A stretch of DNA of 64,000 nucleotides from assembly GCA_013265495.1 (NCBI GenBank), contig MU057809.1, positions 1,417,062 to 1,481,061 on the forward strand. The letters run 5' to 3'. The translations under genes and the position numbers were made by a program. Of this stretch, positions 34,601 to 46,100 are shown piece after piece; the first letter of the stretch is position 1; each line of letters starts with the position of its first letter. The notes under the pieces are model-generated. The model was not told the origin of the DNA. It did not search any database and saw only the letters and a program-made list of their open reading frames with translations. The DNA is from Vicugna vicugna (Eukaryota).

Positions 34601-37600
34601 TATTTCTGTTTAAACTACTATTACCCACAGCATTTTTCCTGCCGTGAGGCTGCAGCTTCGACTGCTTTCCTCTGTTTCATCCAGGCTGCGGCCTGTACTG
34701 GTGACGGTCGTCAAGCAGGCAGCCCTGAGAGTGGAGGGCACGAGGGGGATGGGCCCAGACCCTGACCGCCCACTCCTCTCGCTTGGTGCACGACGCCCCC
34801 GGGCGACCTCGCTTCTGGGACAGAAGCCGCCGGCCCCAGAGAGGGAGCTGTACCCGGGAAGCCCACGGTTGTGACACTGAACACGTGGTCCGTGGTCCAG
34901 GGTCCAGTTACGTGCTCCCCTGTTCACGAGCCCTCACTCACGGCTCTGCGGGGACAGCAGGGACGCAACACTCCAGGACAAATGTAATTTAAGGCTGATT
35001 TTAAGAGATTTATAAAAATCATACACACAAACCAGGTTGAACTAGCCACCGCAGCTACACAACACACTTTTCACACGACAAGACACATCCTTCAACCTGG
35101 GATGACGCGTCCGTGGACCGAGCTTGTTCCCCCTCCACCGTCAGTGCTGTCACAAGCGGGCGTGGGGCTGCGGCGACATCCCGGGGAGGCGCCCGAGACC
35201 CAGCCCCTGGCTGGCTGTGAGTTTCCCTTCTGTGTGTAGAGACCCTGGAAGAGCTCAGCGCTGTTTCTGCAGTGGATGCCACAGCTGATCACCGCCTCCC
35301 TGTCCCCTCTACGGGGTCCTCCACACACAGCAGGGGCCACAGCACGGTGCTGACGAGCTGAGCTGGGGACGTGGCAGCGAGGAGGGGGCTGAGCCCACGG
35401 TACTGACCTCCCGCCCGCGCTTGTGTCGATGCGGAGTGACGTGCTGGCTGATTTTAGCTGCCTCAAAGGGGGTGAAGGAAGACATTCGGAGTGTTTCGCA
35501 ATTTGCAAGACAGGTCAGAAGGAAATGTGTGAAGGTTCTGGAAATGGACAGACTCTACAGAGATCTCAGATTTCCCTGTCAATGGGCCTGTGAGAGTTTA
35601 ACAGTCACGGCGATGGAGGGGACGGCCAACGCTCCCAGCTGCACACGGGCCTCCTGTGCACAGGCACGGACGGAGCGCTCCGGCCACCTGTCTGCAGGTG
35701 GGCGCACCTGGAAAACGTGCCCAGGCTCGTCCCGACAGCGCCAGAAAGCACCAGAACTGGGTCCCTGAGGGCCTGCTGACAGCCAGCTCCCCAGGAGTCC
35801 TGCGCTCAGCGGCCCGTCTGTCGGAATCCAGGTCATCCTCAGCAGGCGGGATGCGCGGTCCACGCCGCCCTGACCACTGGGAACGGCCCGGCTCTGCTGG
35901 GAAGTGTGGTCGTGGGGAGGCCTCCACCTTGACTGTGAACAGTGGGGTTTGTGTTCATGCGGGGGAAGAATCAGTTTTAAAAATACAAAATAAAGTGAAT
36001 TCAGTGTAAACAAAAAGGGGGCCGAATCACAAGCCCGGAGCAACAGCCCTTTATTCAGACAGACTGGACGACCCGGCCCCACGCAGCTCAGCACCGCCCG
36101 GGAACCCCGAGGGCTGCCCCAGTGTTCCCCTGTGGTTTGTGTCACACGCACACAAGAGGAAACCACACACACTACCTCCGTGGCAGCTGGGAAGCGGAGA
36201 ACCCATTCCCAGGGGGCGCTAGGTTCGCACTTCTTTGTGAAGTGAGCCTCAGAGCCGTGTTTACGGGAACAGATGCAGTCTTTGGGTCCTCTGTAAGGAG
36301 AGCCTCGCCAGGACGTGCCGAGGTGTCTTGCTGGGTGCTGACAGGAGGACTGGAGGTCAGTGCAAGACCTAAGAGTGATTTTTGCCTGCGCTCAGCTCTT
36401 CCACAGCCCGGGCAGCTGGGGAGCGCCCGTTGCGCTGTGTGCGCCGTTTCTCTGGGCAGGAACCTCACGGCCTGTTTCTGAGTCCACCCCATCTTCTGCC
36501 CCTGCTAGACACGGGCACCGACTCCAGGGACACCCGTTCTGCCAGGACACTGGAGACCTCGCTCGGTTCTGGAAACAGCCTGCCCCTTCCCACTGTGACC
36601 CAGAAGGTGGTCTTCGAACAGGACATTCACACGCTGGGCAGAGCTCTGCTCCCCGGGGGCAGGTGCAGAGACGAGGCTGAGGCAGGGAGCCCTGGGGTCT
36701 CCAGGCTCCCGACCACCGTCAAGGCGGGCAGAGCCCCGCAGGGTGCCCGCCACTCCGAGCCCCGCCAGGGTGTGAAGCACCATGTGCCCTCCAGCAAGAC
36801 GAGGCAGGATTTCACCCGAAGGAACCACAGCCACCTATTTTAGGTGTCACCCTCAAGCCTGGAGAGCACCAGCCTCTACGTTCTAGAAGGTCCTGGAGAG
36901 AGAGGCCGAGCAGGGGAAGCGAGGCCCACGAGAGCAGGCAGGCCTCTCGGGACCTGAAGTCCTTCCCCAGGAGAAGGCAGGAGGCAGACACCGACAGTGG
37001 GACCGCGGCCCACAGGCCCCCTCCGCCTGCAGTCAGCCCCAGGCTTCAGCCTCACCCTTCCCCGAACTCGGCACAAACCAGCCATCAGAGCCGCCTTAAC
37101 TGAGCCTAGCGAGCTCCCGTCCTCAGGGGGCCCGACACCACCCTCAGGGCCCAGCAGGTGCCCTACAGGCGCTGTCAGTAAAAGCAGCCCGTCTGGGGGG
37201 CTCAGCTCCTGGCCCCCCGGTTGCAGGCCGAGCGCCCCAGACGCGAGTCTGACACAGGAATCCCACACACAAGGCCCGTCCACCTCTCCCGAGGGCTCCC
37301 GTGCAAAGCAGGCAACTTCAGAAGAGCTTGTCATTTTCTTCAAACAAAGCTCCCTAAATTTCCCGGCTTCGCTTCCGATGTACCTGACAGAGAAACTGGT
37401 GCCAAAAGACCTGAACGGCCTGCCCGGCACGTTGTCAAAGGCTTAGCGGGGCTCTCCACTCTCAAAACACAACGGAAGCCCAGCACCACTTCTTCCTGAC
37501 GCAGGCTGCCAGTCACGACGTTGTGGAACAGAATTCTCACCGTGCAAAGCACAGGATTCCACCAGCCTGGAAGGAACCCTCTGGGATTCTCTGCTTCATG

Positions 37601-38828
37601 GCCCTGGGCCCCGGCCGCACATGGCAAACATCCCCTGCCCATTGCGGGGAGCCAGGAGTCCAGGCATGAGACGTCTCGCATGGCCCAGGCCGGGGCCTGT
37701 GCAAAGCCCCTCACTCGGGTCATCCAACTGGGGTACCAGGGCCGAGTGTCCCAATCTCGTCCACATTTTACAAACGGAGAAATTGACACCCAAAGAGCTT
37801 GGCCCACAGCCACATGCGCGATGAAGCGCACACGTTTTCTGGGGGGGGGGTGATCCTGCCTTGCCCACCGTGGGCAGTTCAAGCCCCGCATGTGGACGCA
37901 TACGACGTGCTACTCAGGCGACGGCCGCTGGATGGCACAGGTGGTCCTTTTCTAGAACAGGACCCCGAGCACGGTGAGCTCTGTCCACAGGGGGCCGTTT
38001 GCGCAGGGAAGGCGCCCCCCAGGGTTGCAGGGAAAGGGCCCCGCCCCACACCTCCCCGGGGCTTCCTCTGGTCTCCTGTCTCTGGACGTGCCTGCATCCG
38101 TCCCCGGGTCCCTCCTCCAGCTCCCGGGCCTCAGGGCATCACGCGTGTGTCTACAGGTACCTGCCGTGTTCCTCGTTCTGGGCCCTCATCTGGAGGCTCC
38201 CGCCCAACACAGGGTTTGGGGCGGCTCTCTGGCGCGCCAGGCTTTGTTTCCCACATGGAGGGAAAGCTGTGACTAACAAACGGTGAGCCTTCAAGGACGA
38301 TCAGGGTCAGAGCCCTCGCTCTGCTCTGGGCCCGGGGGCTGGAGGGTGAACTTAACGTTGGCTGTGGCTGCTGAGTGATGTTAAGCAAAGAGAAACTCAG
38401 GATGTATTTTAATAAACACCCAGGGGCTGGAGTGGTCAGTTCATCAAATTGGCCCCTCCTGCTGACGCTGACCTGTTGTGCAAAGTGTAAGCCATGAGCA
38501 GTTCGCCCGACCACTCCCATCCCGAAGGCGCCAGTGCTCAACGCAGGGCAGCATCTGCTCCCAGGGAGCCCGAGTTAGTCTGTCAGGACAGTCTTGTTTC
38601 AAGATTATTTCTTGGAGTTAAAAATTACCTGACTCATTTTTCTTTTATCAAGGAAGTGAATAAATGAAATAAGGCGTCTAGGGGTCTCTAGTTACAGAGC
38701 CATGACTCAGTATCTCTGAAACAATTTCTCTACAAACAGAAGAGTTAGAAAAACACCTCAGCTAAGAAGCGTGCACGCGCCTCGCGTGTAAGCAGCGCGA
38801 CAGCGAGGAGATGCCTAGTCTGAGGGAG

Positions 38829-38834
38829 TTTATT
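38829..38834 (-). terminator. GNA12: Probable GNA12 polyadenylation signal (AATAAA on the minus strand)
   Basis: tttatt on the + strand about 2.1 kb past the GNA12 stop; the first such hexamer noticed downstream of the stop. Confidence 0.6.
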
Positions 38835-40968
38835 GTTGCTCTTTTGCAGTAACAGATGAGGCGCGACTGTGCCCCGCTTCTCCAGCATCTCAGCAAGAAA
38901 GACAACAGGCAAGGACAACAGAGGAGTTAAAACACAGGAGCCCTAGGCCTGGGGGGCAGGTGGCTGCGCTCTGCGCGCAGGACCGCCGTGGACGGGCCGA
39001 GCCGAGCCTTCAGACCGCGCTCTCCTCCTCCAGTGACGAGGAGTCAGGGCGAGGGGAGCGGGAACCTTCAGGGCCTTCTGAGTCACCCGCTCAGCCCGGA
39101 CAGGAGGAGGGCGGGTCAGCTCTGAGCTGGGCGGGGACCCGGGCCCGGGGTCCGCCCCGCTTGACCGTCATGGCCTCTCATGACATGCCCGCGTCCAGGT
39201 CTGAACGCGAACCAGCAAACGTGTCTGACCACATGAGGGACAAACAGCGCGCACCGCCGGGAAGGGCTCAAACGCCTCCACCGGCCACGCCGCCCGCAGG
39301 GCCGCCCCCTCCACCAGGGCCCCGGAGAGCATTTCCAAGGCGGTGAGCAGTGCATGAGCCACCCAGAGCCCCGGCGGCGACAAGGGCCGCCCACACCGCC
39401 CTCCGCAGGGCGGCGACGGGGCCTCGGACCTGCCTGGCAGAGCCGCGGGAGCGTCCTTTCCCCTTCAACCGTGGTCGTCGGCCCTGGTCCCGGGCCGTGC
39501 CCTCCTCCAAGTTATCAAGGGCCACAGGAAGCAAGACAAAAACAGCAAGTCTCCTCCAGCCAAGGGGCCAGCGGAAGCCCCAGCCACCGTCAACAGGAAG
39601 CCTTGAGCACTGAAGGGAAAGAGGGCTTCACGTCGTCTCCTCATTGAAACGCTGATAACAAGGGTGACTCCGGAGCAGGCCTTCCTCCTCCCTCTCCTCT
39701 GGGTCACGTCTGCCAAGGTCACTGTGGGGCTGGCGGGGCGCAAGCGAGGACCGGGAACAGCGTGGCCCGAGGACGGAGCCTAGGGATGTTATTAGACCAC
39801 CGCGACGTCCGGGTACCACTGACAGAGGGCGCTTTTTCCCTTTCACGTGCCAGACAGGACAGACCATTCAGCAGAGTCCCACACAGCGGGGACCAGGTCG
39901 GAATGCAACATAGTCTTAGACACAGAGAGACACCTGGACAGTTGGCTGAGCGTAAGGCTGACCAGCTCACGTGTACATTCCCAGCATTCGGCTGTTGCCC
40001 CAGAGGGGAGCCACGTCCGACGGCGCTGGCCTGTCGTGTGTGTGCGGTAACAGAAGCAAGACACCTGGATCCGAATCTGGACTCGGGGCTGGCCGCGAGA
40101 GGCCCAGCTGTCAGAAGGCACTGGTGGAGGGGCAGTGCGGAGGACTCGGGTTTCCCCGGGGTCCGCCGGCCTGCCGAGAGGTCAGGTGTGTAGCAAGTCA
40201 CCAGGTGGCTGGCGCATTAACGAGGGCTCTGCTGGCAATCCGGCCGGCTCCCAGGAGCCCCTGAGAGGACAAGAGGCAACCTGCTACGTCTGGAGAGGGA
40301 AAAGCTCCCTGCAGCCTACTGCAGGTGTCGGGAGACGACTCCAGAGAAGAAGAGTCATCTGCAAGGCCAGCTGGTTTAAGTCTCTGCCGGGGTCGGGGCG
40401 GATGGGCGAGGGGAGGGGACATTCACCATCAGCATCATGTGTGTCGCAGGGCAATGTGACACACGGTGGGGGCATTAAGGCAAGTCCACACCTGCGAGTG
40501 CTCACTCGCTTCCTGTACAGCCGGGGTCGTGGCCTCTCGGGAAACTGGCACAGGAGGCTGAAAAGGCAGCTCGCCCCCTTGGGGGTGGCGCTGAGGCCCC
40601 GCGGCTGGGGGGTGTGGGTGCGGGGGCTCTGAGCTCGGCGTGAACTTCACTGCCTACAACCGTCCCCAGGCAACGCTCCTTACTGAGGACTAATGAGTTG
40701 GAGAAAAGCCATCTGCGAAGCCATGGGTTTTGTGTTTGTCATTAATGAGTGTGTGTGCGCACGCACACACGTGGTCCTCGGCCGAACTGTGTCAGAAAAG
40801 GAGCAGTTTCTGTGAGAAGACAGTGAGCTGTGTTGCCGGGCGCGCCGCGTCAACCCCAGGGGGGCCGCTCGGCTTTTCAGTAGTTGCACCAGCCCCCAGG
40901 CTTCAGCAGCTAACGCCGCAGCGGCGCGGCCCCTGCCGGCGGGTGCGTCCGGCCACGGCGGGGGGCCC

Positions 40969-41538
40969 TCACTGCAGCATGATGTCCTTCAGGTTCTCCT
41001 GCAGGATGGTGTCCTTCACGGCGTGGAACACAAAGCGGATGTTCTCGGTGTCTATGGCGGTGGTGAAGTGGTGGAAGAGGGGCCTGCTGCGGTTCCGCCG
41101 CTTCCGGTCGAAACCCTGGACCAGGTAGCGCTGCACGTCCTCCAGCCTGTGCGGGTCGCCCCGGAAGTCCGGGAAGTGCTTCTTGATGCTGACGGTCTTC
41201 ACCTTCTCCACCAGCAGGTCCATCTTGTTGAGGAACAAGATGATGGAGACGTTGAAGAACAGCTTGTTGTTGACGATGGTCTCAAAGATGTTCATCGACT
41301 CCACCAGCCGGTTGGTGCGCCGGTCCTCCATGAGGACCTGGTCGTACTCACTGGAGGAGACCATGAACAGGATCGACGTGATCCCGTCAAAGCACTGGAA
41401 CCACTTCTGGCGCTGAGACCGCTGGCCGCCCACATCCACCATCTTGAAAGGGATTTTTTTAATGACAAAGTCATGCTCCACGATGCCCTTGGTGGCCTTC
41501 CTTGCCAGCAGGATGTCCTGCTTGCTAGGGCAGTAGTT
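40969..41538 (-). CDS. GNA12: GNA12 (G-alpha-12) last coding exon
   Basis: Acceptor tttttgcag, 570 nt. Encodes [24 protein letters not shown]...[12 protein letters not shown]...FLNKMD...[31 protein letters not shown]. The G2-G5 boxes are intact and the C-terminus is G-alpha-12-specific. Confidence 0.98.
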   Translation of the reverse strand, partial: NYCPSKQDILLARKATKGIVEHDFVIKKIPFKMVDVGGQRSQRQKWFQCFDGITSILFMVSSSEYDQVLMEDRRTNRLVESMNIFETIVNNKLFFNVSIILFLNKMDLLVEKVKTVSIKKHFPDFRGDPHRLEDVQRYLVQGFDRKRRNRSRPLFHHFTTAIDTENIRFVFHAVKDTILQENLKDIMLQ

Positions 41539-43108
41539 CTGCAAAAACAGGGTAAGGGAGCAAGTCAGGAGGAAGAACGTGAGAAAATAAGAACGAAGAG
41601 ATGGGGTGGAGCGGAAGAGAGTGAGACGGACTTCTGCAAGAAGTTGAACTCAATTCCAACAGCAACTTTCACGTATAAAAATACAGACTTACCGTGAAAC
41701 AGAAAGTGAAGGAACTAAGTAGCTCATTTCAAAGTGAATGGGGGCCCATCAGACTGAGGAAGGAGGGTCAGACGCCTCCTGTCAGGCCCCAGCCTGAAGT
41801 CCCAGCCACTCCCTTCCCCACGGGGACCTACCATCCTTTCTCCCCCTGCACCAGAGCTACCCTCTATTTTCCTAACTTCCAGGCCACACGTCTTCCAAAA
41901 CCTTATTGTGAACTGCTTTAAGTTACGTTTTGCAATGCTGTTTAAATTTAGCCTGCAATATATTCAATATTTTATTCTTGGAGGACTCCTAGAGCCTTCA
42001 GCAACACACAGGCAACTGTGGTCCCTCAGGCCGCTTTGATCCTGCGCTACGCAATTCTGCAGTGATCACTGCACACCAGCACTCACGCAGCATCCTCGCC
42101 AAAAATGCAGCAGGGACGGGGCCTCTAGACCCAACTACCAATTCACAAGGCACACGGGGAGAGAAACTTCCTCAAAAGCACTGCAGGGACGGAAGAGCCA
42201 AGTCCAGATGGGAGGAACCCCACATGGGAAATGGTCCAGTCACTCCTGCATCAAATAGAGCGGAAGAAAGAAAAGAGGGAGGGAGAAACCCACAGATGGA
42301 AAGGAGCTTCAGTGACGTGGACCAGCTGCGACGGGTGGGCCTCACCAGGAGGGCGGCTCAAACTGCTAGAATGGCGCAGCGTCCCCAGGGACGTCACTGA
42401 GACAAGCGGGGAGGCTGGCTGATAGTAAGGAGTTACTTCTAATTATTACCATTTTAAAACTGAAGTACAGTTGATTTACAGTGTGCCAGTTTCTGGTGTA
42501 CAGCAGTGATTCAGTTATACATGGATTTATTCCTTCTCATTACTGTGGATCTTCCAAGGAGAAATCATGGTATCGTGGTTATGATTTTTAGAGCCTTATC
42601 TGTCACGAGACACACTCTAAAACATCACTGATGAAACGATACGATGATGGTTTGCCCCTGGGGGGTGGGGAGGAGGCTGGTGAAACAAGATGAGTCCTGA
42701 GCAGTAACTGTTGACCCTGGACTTTCATTAGACTACTTTTGTGTCTGTCTGAATTTTCCGTAATATTTTTATTCTGAAGGAGGCCTTTGTTTGCGGAAGA
42801 ACTCCTGTCTCCTCTTGGGAGGCCTGGGCCAAGGCGCTCTCACAGAAACACGGCTTCACATCCCGATTTAGCCGGGACTGAAGGTGCACATGCAAGAAGG
42901 TGGGAGCTTCCTCTGTCCGAGTGAGGAAGTCCTCCCCAGCGCACACGCTTCCCTGCCCGCCCTGACACGGGCCGAGTGGGAGGGAGACGCCGAAAGCCAC
43001 TCAGGGTCGTCGGGCACGACAGAGAAAGCCGTCGCGGCTTCGTGGCTCTGGTCCCCGCACAAAGGTTTGCTGACCCTGGATCAGACTCGGGGGTGGGGTC
43101 TTACTCAC

Positions 43109-43159
43109 CAGCTGGCCGATCCGGTCCAGGTTGTCCAGGAAGTACTTCACTGATTCACC
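43109..43159 (-). CDS. GNA12: GNA12 penultimate coding exon (51 nt)
   Basis: On the minus strand, acceptor atgacag and donor gtgagt. Encodes GESVKYFLDNLDRIGQL in phase 0/0 with the last exon. Positions 43160-64000 are the upstream long intron. Confidence 0.96.
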
Positions 43160-46100
43160 CTGTCATGGAGGAAGAAGATTCACGACTCAGTATGGACTGA
43201 GGAACCCTCATCTGGTAACTGGAAGGACCTAACACGGTCAAATGAAGGCTGTCTTGCCTCAGTGTAAACAGGAAGGAAAGGAAAAAGACTAAGAGTGTAC
43301 ACGCATTTTTTCAAACTAAAAACACAATTTAAAAACATTTAAAAATGCAACTTCTATAACTCCGATCCCAAGGTTCAGATTCAGACTGTGTGTCTCCAGG
43401 CGCCCCCGCGTGGCTGTGGTGATGGGCAGGGTGCCGCCCCTCTGACCAAGCTAACCCCGTCCTTCCCAGATGTGGACGCGGCCTGCTCCGGGCCACGCTG
43501 CCGGCGAGCCAGACCGGGAGGTGCAGGCCCTGGGAACAGCTGTGCTTCTGGCAGGGCTGGCCCAGTGCGCTCTAGACACTGTCCTTAAAAACGGTATCGC
43601 TTTATGAGAAGAGGCAAGTTACCAAACACGTTCCAGTTTCTGGAAACAGGCCTGACCTTCCACTTTACATCACATGCTGGTACGACCTGATTTACCGTCT
43701 ACCACGAGGAGAATCTTTGGTCTGGACTTCTGCAGGGGGATGGCCAGTCTTCTTCCACCCCCCCGGACATTGTCTGGACAGAACGCTGATACAAACCGTA
43801 ACTGCCAATCCCTAGAAGTGCACCTTAAGAATCACCCATGGTCCATTCTCGGAGGAGCTGCACTCCCCAGGGCAGCAGCACGCATGGGTCCAAGAAGTGT
43901 TTAGAGGGCCTGCAGATGTCGACTTGAATGGAGCGCACAGAGGACGGGGAAAGTGCGCAGGCGTGCAACAGCTCCCCTCAAAGGGCAGGGTGCTGCCTGT
44001 TAGCTCCACCCCACGTGCCCACGGACACCGCTTCCCGCAGAGCTCACTCGGAACCCGCTTGCTGGCAGGGACCAGCAAGGCTGGCGAGGTTCTCGGACGG
44101 GGACCTGGGAAGTGGGCGGCTGCACGCGCATGGCGGTGGTGGGGCAGGGCCACGGCACAAGCAGCAGGCTGACGCTCTCGACTTTTAAGGAGGAAGAGCA
44201 TCAGAAAGGTACCAGTTTACAGCTGGGGCTTGTGACGCCATAAAAAAAGAAAACAGGATGAAGATGGACTGGAGCAGCTGCCCCCGGCTTCTCTTCCCCA
44301 CGTGTCTCCAACAGGCCTGAAGGAAGAAACCGACGGGTGAATTTCCTTCAGTGACGGACCAGCCTTCCCATTCTAAAATGAAGGCCTTGTGGGATGATTC
44401 AGATGAGAGCATTTGTCTAAGGAGATGGAACACGCTTCCTCCCCATTTGAGCACAGATTGTGAACCACAAGGACGATTTTCCTCCTTGGCATTGCGGGCT
44501 GCTGGAGCCGGCACCCAGCTTCCACCACGCGGCCACCCTGGCCTCGGGCCTCTCCCCGCCCCCCAGCCTTCCACGTGGGGAAAGCCTCCACCTGAGTGGC
44601 TGTGCACCTTCCCCGGGGGCTGCGTGCGTGTTCCTGCTCTGTCTGCACATCCCACCTCCTCCCACGGCCGGACAGGAAACAGCCGGTGAGCGGAGAGTGG
44701 CTGCACACGGCGAACTTACGGATTTACGGCTGCCCCTTCCGCGAGACGCCTCTCTCTCCCCTCCCACTGCCCCTCGTGCGGGGCCTTTGGAGGCTCAGCA
44801 CCGCACAGGACCAGGCTGGCGAGATCAGTGCACGAGGGACTGGCTCTGGTCACATCTCTTCCTCTGCCAGCAGTGCGGTCCAGCCCACCACAGCTGGCTG
44901 AACTCCGGTACTTTCTGCCAGTGTCACAGGGCAGGTGTGTGCGTGGCAGGGAGCCCATCTGGGTCAAGAATCACTGGCGGAGGCCCCGCAGGGGACGGAG
45001 GAAGGACAAAGTAGTTGTGGGTTAGTCCAAGACGTAGAGGTGGAGGCCGGGAGGAATCACAGGCCGTCAAAAAGGCAACAATAAAGAATGATTCTCCCCT
45101 CCTTCCAACGGGGCTGCCTGGTTAACATAAAATAGAAGCACTAAAAACCCAATGAACGTCTGAAGAATGTCTCGCTGAGGCATTAGTCATTAACTAGCTC
45201 AAAACAAATGGAATGAGTCGGAATCTGGTTTCTTCAGGCTTTTTATGGAAAGCCCCTGTATTTTTATTAACTTATTCAAATAACACAAAGAAAAAAAGCC
45301 TTCAAAATGCAACAGCTCCCCAACTGTCTCTGTTCACCGTATTAGAAATTAAAACTGAGCGAATTTAGAAATACAAAAATATATAAGCACACACCTAGTT
45401 AGCCACCAGAGGCAACACTGTCACACGTCACGTGGCCTCTGGAAAGCTCTGCGGTACACTCTTGGGAGAATGGGAGTGAAAAAGGCAAACAGTGTCTCAG
45501 CATTATTATGAAAACAGTTCTGAGCAGGCGGGGCCCCTGGAAGGGTCTCAGGGACGCGCACCCCACACTTTGAGGACTGCCCTCGAGGGCTCCAGCGCCG
45601 GGCACCAGAGTCCTGGGCAGCGTGGCGCCACAGCCAAGGCTGGAGGTGGCTGGGCCCGCCGCGAGCGCCCGCGCGCAAGCTGCAGCGCTGTCCGGAGCGA
45701 GTGCAGGGAGGGCGGGGGCGGGGCTGCCGCCATACGCACTGCACATCGCACGGCGGCGCGTCTCAGGACGAGGCGGGGAGTGAGAGGCAAGTGGTGGTAA
45801 GACGTTTACACTATTCCCTACTCACAGGAGGGTTACAAGCGGGCAGAGCCAAGCATAACATGACAGTCACAGGAGCTGAAACACGCACAGTGCTCCCTGA
45901 GCGCCGGGCACTGCTGCAAGCGACATGAGCTCAACGACGAGTCCCCGTTTGACAGACGATAAAACAAGACGGACCGTTTAAGTAACCTGGCCAGTGGGAA
46001 GTCATGTGGCTCCTCGGTCCCTTTAGGGACACACAGAGGGTGAAAACACAGACAAAAGGGAGGGGATAATGAGCCCAAACCAGAATGGCACTTATGGTGG

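Noticed and set aside
40751..40770. Inverted repeat gtgtgtgcg-ca-cgcacacac in the GNA12 3' UTR
   Set aside because: It is short and built from low-complexity GT/CA sequence, with no support for a functional RNA structure.
41023..41697. 224-aa plus-strand ORF
   Set aside because: It is the antisense shadow of the GNA12 last exon.
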